Assembly (NCBI RefSeq): GCF_001652585.1
Contig: NZ_LWLG01000021.1
Location: 1 to 30,974, forward strand
DNA: 30,974 bases
Source: Thermosulfurimonas dismutans
Lineage (GTDB): Bacteria > Desulfobacterota > Thermodesulfobacteria > Thermodesulfobacteriales > Thermodesulfobacteriaceae
Direction: 5' to 3'
Below are positions 7,207 to 15,845 of this stretch, piece after piece. The position numbers and the translations under genes were made by a program. Positions within the stretch are counted from its first letter, which is position 1. Each line of letters starts with the position of its first letter. A model generated the notes under the pieces. That model saw only the letters and a program-made list of their open reading frames with translations. It was not told where the DNA came from and made no database searches.

Positions 7207-7752
7207 TCATAGAGCCTGAAACCTCGTTAAAAATTCGATTTTGCGCTTAATATTTAACCGGGGAAAATTGTAGATTAGAGTTCGACCGGAAAAGTTGAGA
7301 AGAACGGTAGTGGGACCGGTGGGAGAGCGGAAACCCGAAACACGGAGTTTGCCAAAGAGACCTTCCGAGTGGCGATAGATGAGAGTTCCGGAGATTTTTT
7401 CGAAATCCTCGCGGCCGGCGCAGCGGCCTTCAAATTCTTTAAAAACGATCCGTAGATCCTTTAAAGGAAGATAGGAAACTCGCAAGTAGCCCTTCCGGCC
7501 GCAAGGGACCTCAAGTTCATACCAGCCGAGCCTAACCTCCGGAAATTCGAAGTGGTAGCCTTTAACCGAAAAGTGAACGCAGAAAAGCCGGGTCTCGAAT
7601 AATCCTTCCTTTATTCTTTCCGGATAGATCAAAAACCCCAGCTTTTCAAAAAATCGGACGAAAAGGTACCCCCGAGGAAGAAGAGCATAAGTAGCCGTTA
7701 AAATCAAAATCAAGAATATAATACCGGTTATGGTCGCCTTTAAAAATCTCAA
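7207..7752 (-). CDS. Small N-terminally membrane-anchored protein, last gene of the T2SS operon (possible GspN analogue; no motif recognised)
   Basis: TTG start overlapping the gspD stop (TTGA). There is no internal Met. The N-terminal hydrophobic helix is ITGIIFLILILTATYALL and the remainder is predicted soluble. Confidence 0.5.
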   Translation of the reverse strand: MRFLKATITGIIFLILILTATYALLPRGYLFVRFFEKLGFLIYPERIKEGLFETRLFCVHFSVKGYHFEFPEVRLGWYELEVPCGRKGYLRVSYLPLKDLRIVFKEFEGRCAGREDFEKISGTLIYRHSEGLFGKLRVSGFRSPTGPTTVLLNFSGRTLIYNFPRLNIKRKIEFLTRFQAL

Positions 7753-9608
7753 GAGGATGGCCCCTTCTTTAATAATCGGTGATTGTAATCCATAAGAGCC
7801 TTTAGGTCTTCAGAAAGTAGACGATGCTCCTCGGTGATGCGTTTTAACTCCTCGGGATTCGAGATGATATAGGGGGTAATAAAGACAAATAGTGTGGTAC
7901 GTTCCTCGTTGTGGCTTTGGCGCTTGAAGAAATGTCCGAAAAGAGGCACGGAAGAGAAACCGGGCACGCGGGAAAGACCGCGTGTGCTCTTCCGGGAAAC
8001 TAAGCCACCTAGAATCACGGTCTGGCCGTTGTCCACGATCACTTCGGAGGAGATTTCGCGCTTCGAGGTTACCGGGGCCACGAAGTCTATGGTGCCCTGC
8101 TGTGCCCGGTAAACTTGGGTGACCTCCTGAATGGTCTGATGAATCTCAAGCCGTACGGTGTCCCCAACAATGTGGGGCGTGATGGTGAGATTGAGCCCCA
8201 CATCTTTATATTCGAAGGAAACCGTGGGAAGCGTGTTGGTCTGATAGGTGATGCCGGTGGTGTAGGGCACGGACTGGCCCACGTTGATCACGGCCTTGCG
8301 GTTGTCGAGGGTGAGGATGCGTGGGTTGGAGAGGATGCGGAAGGAGGAATCCTCCTCCGAGAGGGTGAAGAGAAAAAGCAACTCAGGGAAGAAAAAATCC
8401 GTTCCCCCCACGGAGACGGTGCGCCCGCTGGTGCTGAGGGCTCCTACGATGAACTTTCCCTGGGCCACGGCGGAGTAAAGGTCGCTTTCCGAAATGCCGC
8501 CGAAGGCCGCCCCGCCGTGGCTTCCCAGGATCTGCCACTTAACCCCGAGATCCCGGAGCTTCGAAAGCGAGATCTCCACTACCGTGGTGGCAAGCAACAC
8601 CTGTTTGCGGCGGACATCAAGCCGCTCCACAAGATTCTTAACCTTCTCGAATTCCGCAGGTGTGGCATAAATTATCAGGGCGTTCGAGGACTTATCCGCG
8701 GCTATGCGAAGGCCGGTTCCAGGAAGAGGAGGCTTTTTATTGTCCTTTTGGTCGAGTCTCATTCGCTCCAGGTTAAGTGAACGCAGAACCTTGGCCAGCT
8801 CCTCAGCCGAGGAATACTTGAGGCGGAGCACATAGAAGCGCCTCTCCTGGCTTTCCACTGGGACATCCACTTCCTTAAGAAAGGCCTCGATTTCCTCGAA
8901 AATTTCCCGATTGCCGTAGACGATAAGGGAGTTGGTGCGGTCGTCCTTTACCATCCTGAAGGTAAGACCCTTCTCGGAAACTAAAGTCTGCACCAGAGGT
9001 GAAATGTTCCGGTAAACCCCCTCTACCGGGGCGTAACGGAGCCTAAAGACCCTGACCTCGGGAAGTCCGGGCTGTTTCTCAAGACTGTCCAATAGATTAC
9101 GAACCCGTGCGAGGTTTACGGCATAGTCCCTCAGAATCAGCACCGACGTTCCGGAAAGTTGTAGCACCAGACCCCGGGGAGAGAGAAGGGGTTTTATCAC
9201 CTGAGATACTTTTATGGGATTGAGGCGAGAGAGGGCATAGATCAAAATATAGGGTTCGGCACGGGCAGGCGGTTTTTCGCTCATTCGCGGGGTCTCTTCT
9301 CGGAGGCGGCGATTCGAAAGGATCTTCACATACCCCTCTTCTTCATAAACCGTGGCCCCTATCAGAGAGAGGGCTTCCGAGATGATGCGCCAGGCGGTCT
9401 CCTCATCCACTGGCTTTTTAGAAATGACCGTAATTTTCCCTTTCAGGGTCTCGTCATAAATCACATTTTTACCGAGCTCCTTTGCCAGAAACTGAACCAG
9501 GGTCTTTACGTCCACCTGATCAAAGTTGAGATAGACCCCGGATTCAGCTCCGAAAGCGGATACCCCACAGAAAAAGACCAGGATCAATACTAGTAATGCC
9601 CCCTTCAT
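7749..9608 (-). CDS. gspD: Type II secretion system secretin GspD
   Basis: Signal peptide MKGALLVLILVFFCGVSAFGA. N-domain VDVKTLVQFLAKELGKNVIYDETLKGKITV. Secretin core LSNPRILTLDNRKAVINVGQSVPY...VGLNLTITPHI...VILGGLV...SRVPGFSSVPLFGHFF...TTLFVFITPYII. Confidence 0.95.
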   Translation of the reverse strand: MKGALLVLILVFFCGVSAFGAESGVYLNFDQVDVKTLVQFLAKELGKNVIYDETLKGKITVISKKPVDEETAWRIISEALSLIGATVYEEEGYVKILSNRRLREETPRMSEKPPARAEPYILIYALSRLNPIKVSQVIKPLLSPRGLVLQLSGTSVLILRDYAVNLARVRNLLDSLEKQPGLPEVRVFRLRYAPVEGVYRNISPLVQTLVSEKGLTFRMVKDDRTNSLIVYGNREIFEEIEAFLKEVDVPVESQERRFYVLRLKYSSAEELAKVLRSLNLERMRLDQKDNKKPPLPGTGLRIAADKSSNALIIYATPAEFEKVKNLVERLDVRRKQVLLATTVVEISLSKLRDLGVKWQILGSHGGAAFGGISESDLYSAVAQGKFIVGALSTSGRTVSVGGTDFFFPELLFLFTLSEEDSSFRILSNPRILTLDNRKAVINVGQSVPYTTGITYQTNTLPTVSFEYKDVGLNLTITPHIVGDTVRLEIHQTIQEVTQVYRAQQGTIDFVAPVTSKREISSEVIVDNGQTVILGGLVSRKSTRGLSRVPGFSSVPLFGHFFKRQSHNEERTTLFVFITPYIISNPEELKRITEEHRLLSEDLKALMDYNHRLLKKGPSS

Positions 9609-10408
9609 TTCACCTCCGCCTTTAAAGTTAAAATTCTATCCCCCCTCCGAATTTTTACCGATAGGGACGGGGCCGTTTTGATGGTCTCAAGGATCCGGAA
9701 AGCATCCTCATTCCTCCGCACGGGAATACCGTTTATGGAAAGAATGACGTCTCCGACCCGAAGCCCGGCTTGAGAAAAAATGGAACCTGGAGCTACATAC
9801 TCTACCAGTACGCCCTCCATCCGCCCTAGACGGAAATAGGGGCGTAGGCGAATTTTGGAAAAGAGAGAACCTATGTCCGCGGTAAGCCTTTCAATCTCCT
9901 CTCGCGAAATCACGAAAGGCCTTTCCGAAGAGGTCGAAGGGCTCTCCTTTATGGAGCCGCCCTGAAAGAGTCGCTCCTCGGATTCAAAAAGTTTCCGCAC
10001 GACCTTGCGATCCTTAAAAACAAGGATTACAAAATCGGGAGCGATCCTCGCTACTCGCCAGCCCTTTACCCTTTCTCCCTCCCTCGCCCAGCGACTTTCC
10101 TTTTCCGTCTTCAAGAGAGCAAACCTTACCCCTTTGCCGAAGAAAATGGCCTGAAGCTCCGGAGCCTCAATACTGAAAGCCTCTGGGGACACGGAGGAGG
10201 TTTCCTCCGGTGGAAGATAAAAACCGGAAAGAATTCTTTCGAAGTCAAAGGAAGCCCGGGAGGAAGTCTCGTGAGCCCAGGAAGAGAAGCTCTTTTCGGG
10301 AAGACGGGGTGTCTCGGTGAGTTTCAATTGAAAGTATCCCAGGGAAAGAAGGGCGACCGCAGAAGAAACGAGGAGCAAAAGGACCAGCACTCTGGCCATA
10401 AGGAGCAT
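9605..10408 (-). CDS. gspC: T2SS inner-membrane protein GspC (TM anchor plus C-terminal PDZ domain)
   Basis: N-terminal TM helix VLVLLLLVSSAVALLSLGYF. C-terminal PDZ-like GVLVEYVAPGSIFSQAGLRVGDVILSINGIPV. Lies directly upstream of gspD with an ATGA overlap. Confidence 0.7.
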   Translation of the reverse strand: MLLMARVLVLLLLVSSAVALLSLGYFQLKLTETPRLPEKSFSSWAHETSSRASFDFERILSGFYLPPEETSSVSPEAFSIEAPELQAIFFGKGVRFALLKTEKESRWAREGERVKGWRVARIAPDFVILVFKDRKVVRKLFESEERLFQGGSIKESPSTSSERPFVISREEIERLTADIGSLFSKIRLRPYFRLGRMEGVLVEYVAPGSIFSQAGLRVGDVILSINGIPVRRNEDAFRILETIKTAPSLSVKIRRGDRILTLKAEVK

Positions 10409-11265
10409 CAGGAAAACCTCCAGTAAACCACCTTGAGGTCGGACCCCGTCCGCCGAAGGATGGCGTTGAGTTCTCCCTCCACCTCTCCCACCCGGACCTC
10501 GATGGTCACCCGAAAATTTTCACTCTTTACCGTAGCCCAAGGGCGCAGGTCATGCAGGATCTCGAAGTCAAAACCCTCGACCAGCACCACATCCTCCACC
10601 TTTTTGAGGGCGTGCGTCCGGCGATATTCTACCAGCCTTTTGGCCAGAGTTCTATTAACGCGGGGGCTTAAGGCCATGATGACTTCAGGGGGAGCGGTGT
10701 TGAGGTTCACCCGGCCGTTGCTCCACACCGTGGTGAGGGAGGAAAGCCCCGGGTAAAAGATAAAGCCCTCGGCCTTGCCGTAGAAGTCTTGCCGGGAAAG
10801 CCCCAAAAAGAGGAGTTCCTCGAGACTATCAAGCGGGGCTTTCTTCGGAGGGTAAGCCCGATCCCAGAACCCCGGCCCTCCGACCCATACCCGGAGAAGT
10901 TCCGGGGAAATGGAAGTAATATGAAGCTCCTCGAAGAGCCTTCTTACCACCTTGAATCCCGCCTCGGTGCGTACCAGGTTGAGGTTGAGGTATCGTTCCT
11001 CGTCTTCCACCCGGATCCTGATTTCCCCTTCGGAAATGGGGAGCTCGAAGGGATAGGCCCAAAGGTCGCTTAGGGTGTCGTAAGAGGCATTGTCTTCTCT
11101 GAAATAAGAAGAAAGGAGTTTTAGAGCCGAAACGGCCTCGTGGTAGACCTGTTGTTTGAGGTAGAACCTGCGAACCATGACCTCGGTCCGGCGAACCGAG
11201 AGAAACTCGTCGGAAATTACCCCGGATAAAATCAGAAAAAATCCCAGAACCACGAGAATAATCAT
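10408..11265 (-). CDS. gspK: T2SS minor pseudopilin GspK
   Basis: N-terminal hydrophobic segment. GspK-type motifs DLWAYPFELP, ERYLNLNLV and GRVNLNTAPPEVIMAL. Size is 285 aa. Position follows the I/J-like pseudopilins. Confidence 0.75.
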   Translation of the reverse strand: MIILVVLGFFLILSGVISDEFLSVRRTEVMVRRFYLKQQVYHEAVSALKLLSSYFREDNASYDTLSDLWAYPFELPISEGEIRIRVEDEERYLNLNLVRTEAGFKVVRRLFEELHITSISPELLRVWVGGPGFWDRAYPPKKAPLDSLEELLFLGLSRQDFYGKAEGFIFYPGLSSLTTVWSNGRVNLNTAPPEVIMALSPRVNRTLAKRLVEYRRTHALKKVEDVVLVEGFDFEILHDLRPWATVKSENFRVTIEVRVGEVEGELNAILRRTGSDLKVVYWRFS

Positions 11266-11822
11266 TTCAGAACCCAGCCCACCCTCACAGGAACAATTAT
11301 CCTAGTGTCTTCTAAATCTACTTCGACCTTTTCAGGCACCCCTTGAAACCCTTCGTCTTCCGGCCACCACCTGCCCCCGGAAAAGACCTTGACCCTGAAG
11401 TCCTCAAAGGCTCCCAGAGAAACCTCTCCGGTCCCATTGCAGGAAAGAAAATCGCCGTAAGGATAGGGTTTCTCGCAGTAAAACAACTCTTTTCCGCTAT
11501 AGCGATACCTGACCTGAACCACTCCTCGATAGGTCTCCCCCGAGGAAGTAATGAACCCCAAATAAAGACCGTCTTCCCTTTTTTCGAGACGAAAAGAACG
11601 CAGAAGTCCCTCGATCTGGTGGCGCAGGCGGTAGGTAAGAAAGACGCGCTGGTAAAGGCGCTCGGCATCTTTACGGAGGGTAAGGGCTCCCCGCCCCGCG
11701 GTACGGAAAACCGTGACCACCGTGCCGAAGATCAGAGAAAGGAGAAGAAGAACTACGAGGATTTCAAGGAGAGTAAACCCCCTATTATTTTCTTTCATAA
11801 AGCCGAAAAAAGGCCGTCTCAT
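11262..11822 (-). CDS. gspJ: T2SS minor pseudopilin (GspJ-like)
   Basis: Prepilin-type N-terminus ...NNRG/FTLLEILVVLLLLSLIFG. Size is 186 aa. SD GGAAGGAA lies before the ATG at 11822. Position is between the GspI-like and GspK genes. Confidence 0.55.
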   Translation of the reverse strand: MRRPFFGFMKENNRGFTLLEILVVLLLLSLIFGTVVTVFRTAGRGALTLRKDAERLYQRVFLTYRLRHQIEGLLRSFRLEKREDGLYLGFITSSGETYRGVVQVRYRYSGKELFYCEKPYPYGDFLSCNGTGEVSLGAFEDFRVKVFSGGRWWPEDEGFQGVPEKVEVDLEDTRIIVPVRVGWVLK

Positions 11823-12078
11823 TTCCTTCCGAAAGCCGATAAATTTCCTCCTGTATCACCAGCTCTTTAACCTTAAAAGTATGCCTTTCCACCTTTACAC
11901 CCTCCACCGGTTCTCCGGCTAGAAAAAGCTCAAGTTTTGAGACCGCCGAAAATAGTTTTTCGGAACGGATAAAGGAGTGGAAAGCCAGCGTATGGAGGTG
12001 GAGAAGCGCGGTATAAGCCACCACCAAAATGACTAAAGCCACGAGGACTTCGATGATAGTAAAGCCCGATTTTTTCAC
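11785..12078 (-). CDS. gspI: T2SS minor pseudopilin (GspI-like)
   Basis: (M)KKSG/FTIIEVLVALVILVVAYTALL prepilin motif. Size is 97 aa. GTG start overlaps the upstream stop (GTGA). Confidence 0.55.
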   Translation of the reverse strand: MKKSGFTIIEVLVALVILVVAYTALLHLHTLAFHSFIRSEKLFSAVSKLELFLAGEPVEGVKVERHTFKVKELVIQEEIYRLSEGNETAFFRLYERK

Positions 12079-12485
12079 CTTATCACCATCCTGATCCTAA
12101 AATTTCCTTCTCCGGAGGGATCTTCGGCATGGAAGGCCTTCACCCGGAGGTCCTGGGAACTCAGCCAAGAAAGAAGACGCGCCATCTCCTTCCAGGAAAG
12201 CTCCATCTCTATTTCCACTCCCAAAGAAACATCCCGTATAGTCTCCGGCTTAAACCCCCGAGAGATAAGTTTTTCCTTGAGGGCTTCGGCCGAAATAGGA
12301 GCTTTTCTAGGAGGAGCCTCAGTTTTGATAAGATACGCCAAGTATCGAAGTCGGCTCCATTCCGTAAGGAGAACGCTTTCAGCTTTTTTGACTTCCCATA
12401 TCAGAAACCCGAGGGCAATAACCCCTATCAACATTAAAAGCACCAGAGAGACTAAGGGATGGCCCTTCAGGTTAAGACTTTTCAC
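12075..12485 (-). CDS. gspM: T2SS assembly-platform protein, GspM/PilO-like
   Basis: Size is 136 aa with a single N-terminal TM (LVSLVLLMLIGVIALGFLIW) followed by a small periplasmic domain. Lies immediately after the GspL-like gene. The call rests on position and topology only. Confidence 0.5.
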   Translation of the reverse strand: MKSLNLKGHPLVSLVLLMLIGVIALGFLIWEVKKAESVLLTEWSRLRYLAYLIKTEAPPRKAPISAEALKEKLISRGFKPETIRDVSLGVEIEMELSWKEMARLLSWLSSQDLRVKAFHAEDPSGEGNFRIRMVIR

Positions 12486-13575
12486 CGTCGAATTCCAGGG
12501 TTACGATTTCGGTGCCCCCGGGAATCTTTTTGACCTCGGTGAGTCTTCCCGGAAGCTCTCCGGCCTTTTCCTCCGGAATCTCCGTCTTGATCTTAAGCTT
12601 TCCCTCCTCGAAGGTCAGGGCCATAATTTTGCTTTCTTTCGGAAGACCCTCCAGAGCCTCCTTTAAAAGGCTCTGGAAGTCCGGCCTTTTGGCCTCTTCG
12701 ATCATGGCCCTGAGCTGTTTAAGAGGGGCCACCACCGGAGTTCCGGGATAGTACTTACGGAAAAGGACCCTTTCCTGGGCCTTTAACTCCCGGTGCATCC
12801 TGGGAACCCAGAGTCTCAGACCTCCCCAGAGAAGGAAAGAAAGGACGAGCCCTGCAAGCATGGCCCTGGAAATTCTACGGACCTTTTCGGGATCAACCTC
12901 CAGAAAATAGGAGTGGAAAGCCGGAAGATCGCAACCCAGAACCCCCCAGAGGGCGGCCCCGAAAGCACTCACCTTCTCCGGGGAGACCGCGGGAACCCTC
13001 TTGGTTTCCCTTCCGGCAAAAAATTTTTCCACCTCCGGAGAGAGGCTTCCTCCTCCGGAAAGCACGAAAGGTCCGGAAGAATCCTCGAAATCAAGCTCCA
13101 GGTGACCGTTAAGAAAACACCGAAAACCGGAAAGCCTTCCCTCCCGAACCCTCACCAGGGTCACTTTCCTGCGACCGAAATCAACTATTTCTCCATTCTT
13201 TAAACCGGTGGCAAGAAAGGCCCTGGCCAGGGCTACCGGCTCGGCGTCCCAGAAGGCCCCTTTTTCGAGTTTTCCTTCGGGTTCAGCCACCAAAACCCTA
13301 GCCCGACCTTTTTCCCACCATAACTTCCAGAGAATCTCTCTGCCTTTTAAAAGAGAAAGTATTTCCTCCTCAAGGTAGCTACGGGCCTCTTCGGGATAGG
13401 TTATTTCCTCGGGAAGATTCCTGAGCAGCACTCGATGAGAAGAGATAAGATATATCTTCCGGCCGCGTGAGGATGAAGAAGAAACGAAGCGATAATAGGA
13501 GAGCCAAGGAAAAACCAGGAGGGTAACTCTCTTGGTTCCAGAGGCCCCCTGATCTATCCCCGTCTGAAAGATCAA
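12472..13575 (-). CDS. gspL: T2SS assembly-platform protein GspL-like (PilM-like actin-fold cytoplasmic domain + TM + PilN-like periplasmic domain)
   Basis: TTG start 5 nt after the gspG stop. N-terminal GIDQGASGTKRVTLL, then VDFGRRKVTLV and FVLSGGGSL (actin/PilM-type motifs). TM LAGLVLSFLLWGGLRLWV lies at about aa 241-258 and is followed by a roughly 110-aa domain. Confidence 0.6.
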   Translation of the reverse strand: MIFQTGIDQGASGTKRVTLLVFPWLSYYRFVSSSSSRGRKIYLISSHRVLLRNLPEEITYPEEARSYLEEEILSLLKGREILWKLWWEKGRARVLVAEPEGKLEKGAFWDAEPVALARAFLATGLKNGEIVDFGRRKVTLVRVREGRLSGFRCFLNGHLELDFEDSSGPFVLSGGGSLSPEVEKFFAGRETKRVPAVSPEKVSAFGAALWGVLGCDLPAFHSYFLEVDPEKVRRISRAMLAGLVLSFLLWGGLRLWVPRMHRELKAQERVLFRKYYPGTPVVAPLKQLRAMIEEAKRPDFQSLLKEALEGLPKESKIMALTFEEGKLKIKTEIPEEKAGELPGRLTEVKKIPGGTEIVTLEFDGEKS

Positions 13576-13580
13576 GTTCT

Positions 13581-14012
13581 TTACTCCCCGCTAGCCAGAT
13601 TCCAGACCGAGATATCGTCCTCCGTGCCTTCTATTCCATCCGGCCCCAGGGAGAAAAGCTCGTAGGGACGACCGCTTTGGCCCGGTGAAAGGTAAACAAA
13701 CTCGTTCCCCCAGCCATCCCGGGGAAGCTCGTCGAGATACTGATGCCAGCGCTTGGGGATGGGGGGGACCTCCGGCTTTTCTACCAGGGCGCGAAGCCCC
13801 TGTTCCGTAGTGGGATAGAAGCCGTTATCCATGCGAAACTGCTCAAGGGCCCCTTTGAGGGCCTTGAGCTGGATACGGGTGCTTTCCATCCGGGCCTGAT
13901 CCACTCTACCCACCACTCTAGGAATAACAATTCCGGCAAGGAGCCCCAGAATGATGATCACCACCAGAAGTTCAATAAGCGTAAAACCGGAATCACTTCC
14001 TTTCCTTTTCAT
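13581..14012 (-). CDS. gspG: T2SS major pseudopilin GspG
   Basis: MKRKGSDSG/FTLIELLVVIIILGLLAGIVIPR, then ...QLKALKGALEQFRMDNGFYPTTEQGLRALV...DGWGNEFVYLSPGQSGRPYELFSLGPDGIEGTEDDI. SD GAGGAGGAGAAGG. Confidence 0.95.
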   Translation of the reverse strand: MKRKGSDSGFTLIELLVVIIILGLLAGIVIPRVVGRVDQARMESTRIQLKALKGALEQFRMDNGFYPTTEQGLRALVEKPEVPPIPKRWHQYLDELPRDGWGNEFVYLSPGQSGRPYELFSLGPDGIEGTEDDISVWNLASGE

Positions 14013-14835
14013 CCTTCTCCTCCTCGGGAAAGACTACTTTAAGGCGTAAAGGCATACTCTCGTGCCCTGCCCCATCTAGGGCTTTTATATTATAAAGGAC
14101 TATTCTTTTTTTAAACCCATCCCGATCCCGAAACACATTTTTCTTAACCTTAAAAAACTCCCCCTCCCTTTCCACTATATAACCCACTACATCCCTTGAG
14201 GGACTGGGATCCCATACCAGAACCAGCGTATCTCCCTTCAAAAAATACCCTCCCCCCGAGGGGGGTAAAGGAGGCTCTTCATCATTTACCTCGACCTCAA
14301 GAGGTGGGGAAAAGGGACCGTAGATATCCGGGCCCAAAATTACGGCCGCCGAAATGAGATAAGTCTTCCCTAAAGAAAGTCCGCGTAAAGAATGAATTCC
14401 CGGAGAGATCGGACGAGGATTCAGAAAATCGGGTTTTCCCCCCTTTTCCCAGATAAAAAGGCCAAGTTTGGGAAAAAGACTCAGGACTTTGAGATCCAGA
14501 GCGTAGGAATCCATACGAAGGATTTTAAGGTGGGGATAAACCGGAGGAACCGACCTCACGCAGAGACGCCTTGACTTTCCTCCCCAAAGCACCTTCACGC
14601 ACTTTCCCTCCGGCTTAACCAACCATCCCCCGGACACCCTCTCAATCTCTTTCGCACCCTCAAAGCGGAAGGGCTCCCCACGTATCTCCTCAATAAAGAT
14701 CCGGGAACCAAACTGAACATAATAAATTTCAAAAGTCTTCTCGGGGGCATATATCGAAGGTCTCGGAGTACAACTCAAAAGAAAAATTGCAAAAACGAAA
14801 ATCAGTAAAAAATATCCTTTGAACCCTGGATTCAT
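13993..14835 (-). CDS. Lipoprotein of unknown function with a C-terminal FN3-like beta-sandwich, embedded in the T2SS operon
   Basis: Lipobox FAIFLLSC. The C-terminal segment GDTLVLVWDPSPSRDVVGYIVEREGEF resembles fibronectin type III. There is an ATGA overlap with gspF and a 20-nt overlap with gspG. Confidence 0.6.
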   Translation of the reverse strand: MNPGFKGYFLLIFVFAIFLLSCTPRPSIYAPEKTFEIYYVQFGSRIFIEEIRGEPFRFEGAKEIERVSGGWLVKPEGKCVKVLWGGKSRRLCVRSVPPVYPHLKILRMDSYALDLKVLSLFPKLGLFIWEKGGKPDFLNPRPISPGIHSLRGLSLGKTYLISAAVILGPDIYGPFSPPLEVEVNDEEPPLPPSGGGYFLKGDTLVLVWDPSPSRDVVGYIVEREGEFFKVKKNVFRDRDGFKKRIVLYNIKALDGAGHESMPLRLKVVFPEEEKDEKERK

Positions 14836-15845
14836 AATTTCACGGAGGAAGAGATTTCCATAATAGGCAAAATAACTGAAATTACTATATAAGCAACTAC
14901 TATACCTATAAAAAGAATAGTTAGAGGTTCAAGCCACTTTAGAGTCCGTTCAATGAGATAGTCCGCTTCCTTTATCATAATGTCGGAGGCGTTGTGTAAC
15001 ATTTCTGGCAAAGTTCCGGTTTCCTCCCCGATAGCAACCAGTTCTGAGAGAAATTCTGGGACGAACCCGTACCTCCGGAGATGTCTACTCAGGGATTGGC
15101 CCTCCTCCAGGAACTTAATTATCTCTTCCAGAGATTCCTTCACATAAAGATTCTGGCAACTATTACCTCCCGTAGCCACGGCTCTGGGAAGGACTACTCC
15201 GGACTCAAGAAGCAGCGCGGTGGTGTAACTCCACCTCGAAAGATCGAAGTAAAGCCAAATAGTCCCCACCACTGGTATTTTCAAGATGATCCGATGAATC
15301 TCATACCAGCCTTTTTTCTTAATCCACCACGCCCCGAAGACTAGGAAAATCGGAATCCCCAGCAAGAGAAACCACCACAGGAATTTAGCTCCCCAGAGGA
15401 GGACTTTGGTAAGAAAAGGCAAATCCCTTCCGAAACTAAGAAGGATCTTTCTCAACTTTGGAACGATGAATTCCAGAACCACTATCACTGATAAAAAACT
15501 GAACCCTATTACTAAAGCAGGATAAATAAGGGCTCCCGTAACCCGTGCCCGAAATTCCTCAATACGGGCAAGGAGATCCGAAGCCTTGGAGAATATTTTC
15601 TCAAGGCTTTCTCCGGTTTGAGCCGCGATCAACATTTCGCAGACAAATTCCGGGAAGAGTTTACTCTTGCTAAAAGCCCGTACCAGATCCTCGCCATCCT
15701 CTATACTTTTCTTTACTTCAAGAATCTTCTGAGAGGCCTCCGCTTTCTGGCGTGAGAGGAGTTCTAAAACTTTAGGTAAAGGAAGACCGCTTTTCAGGAG
15801 CACAGAAAGTTCCTTCAAAAGAAGATGGGACCGATAGGATTTCAT
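14832..15845 (-). CDS. gspF: T2SS inner-membrane platform protein GspF (short form, 337 aa)
   Basis: Two T2SS-F repeats (LSVLLKSGLPLPKVLELL... and LLLESGVVLPRAVATGG...). Three hydrophobic segments. Terminal ...ILPIMEI. ATGA overlap with gspE. Confidence 0.9.
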   Translation of the reverse strand: MKSYRSHLLLKELSVLLKSGLPLPKVLELLSRQKAEASQKILEVKKSIEDGEDLVRAFSKSKLFPEFVCEMLIAAQTGESLEKIFSKASDLLARIEEFRARVTGALIYPALVIGFSFLSVIVVLEFIVPKLRKILLSFGRDLPFLTKVLLWGAKFLWWFLLLGIPIFLVFGAWWIKKKGWYEIHRIILKIPVVGTIWLYFDLSRWSYTTALLLESGVVLPRAVATGGNSCQNLYVKESLEEIIKFLEEGQSLSRHLRRYGFVPEFLSELVAIGEETGTLPEMLHNASDIMIKEADYLIERTLKWLEPLTILFIGIVVAYIVISVILPIMEISSSVKL

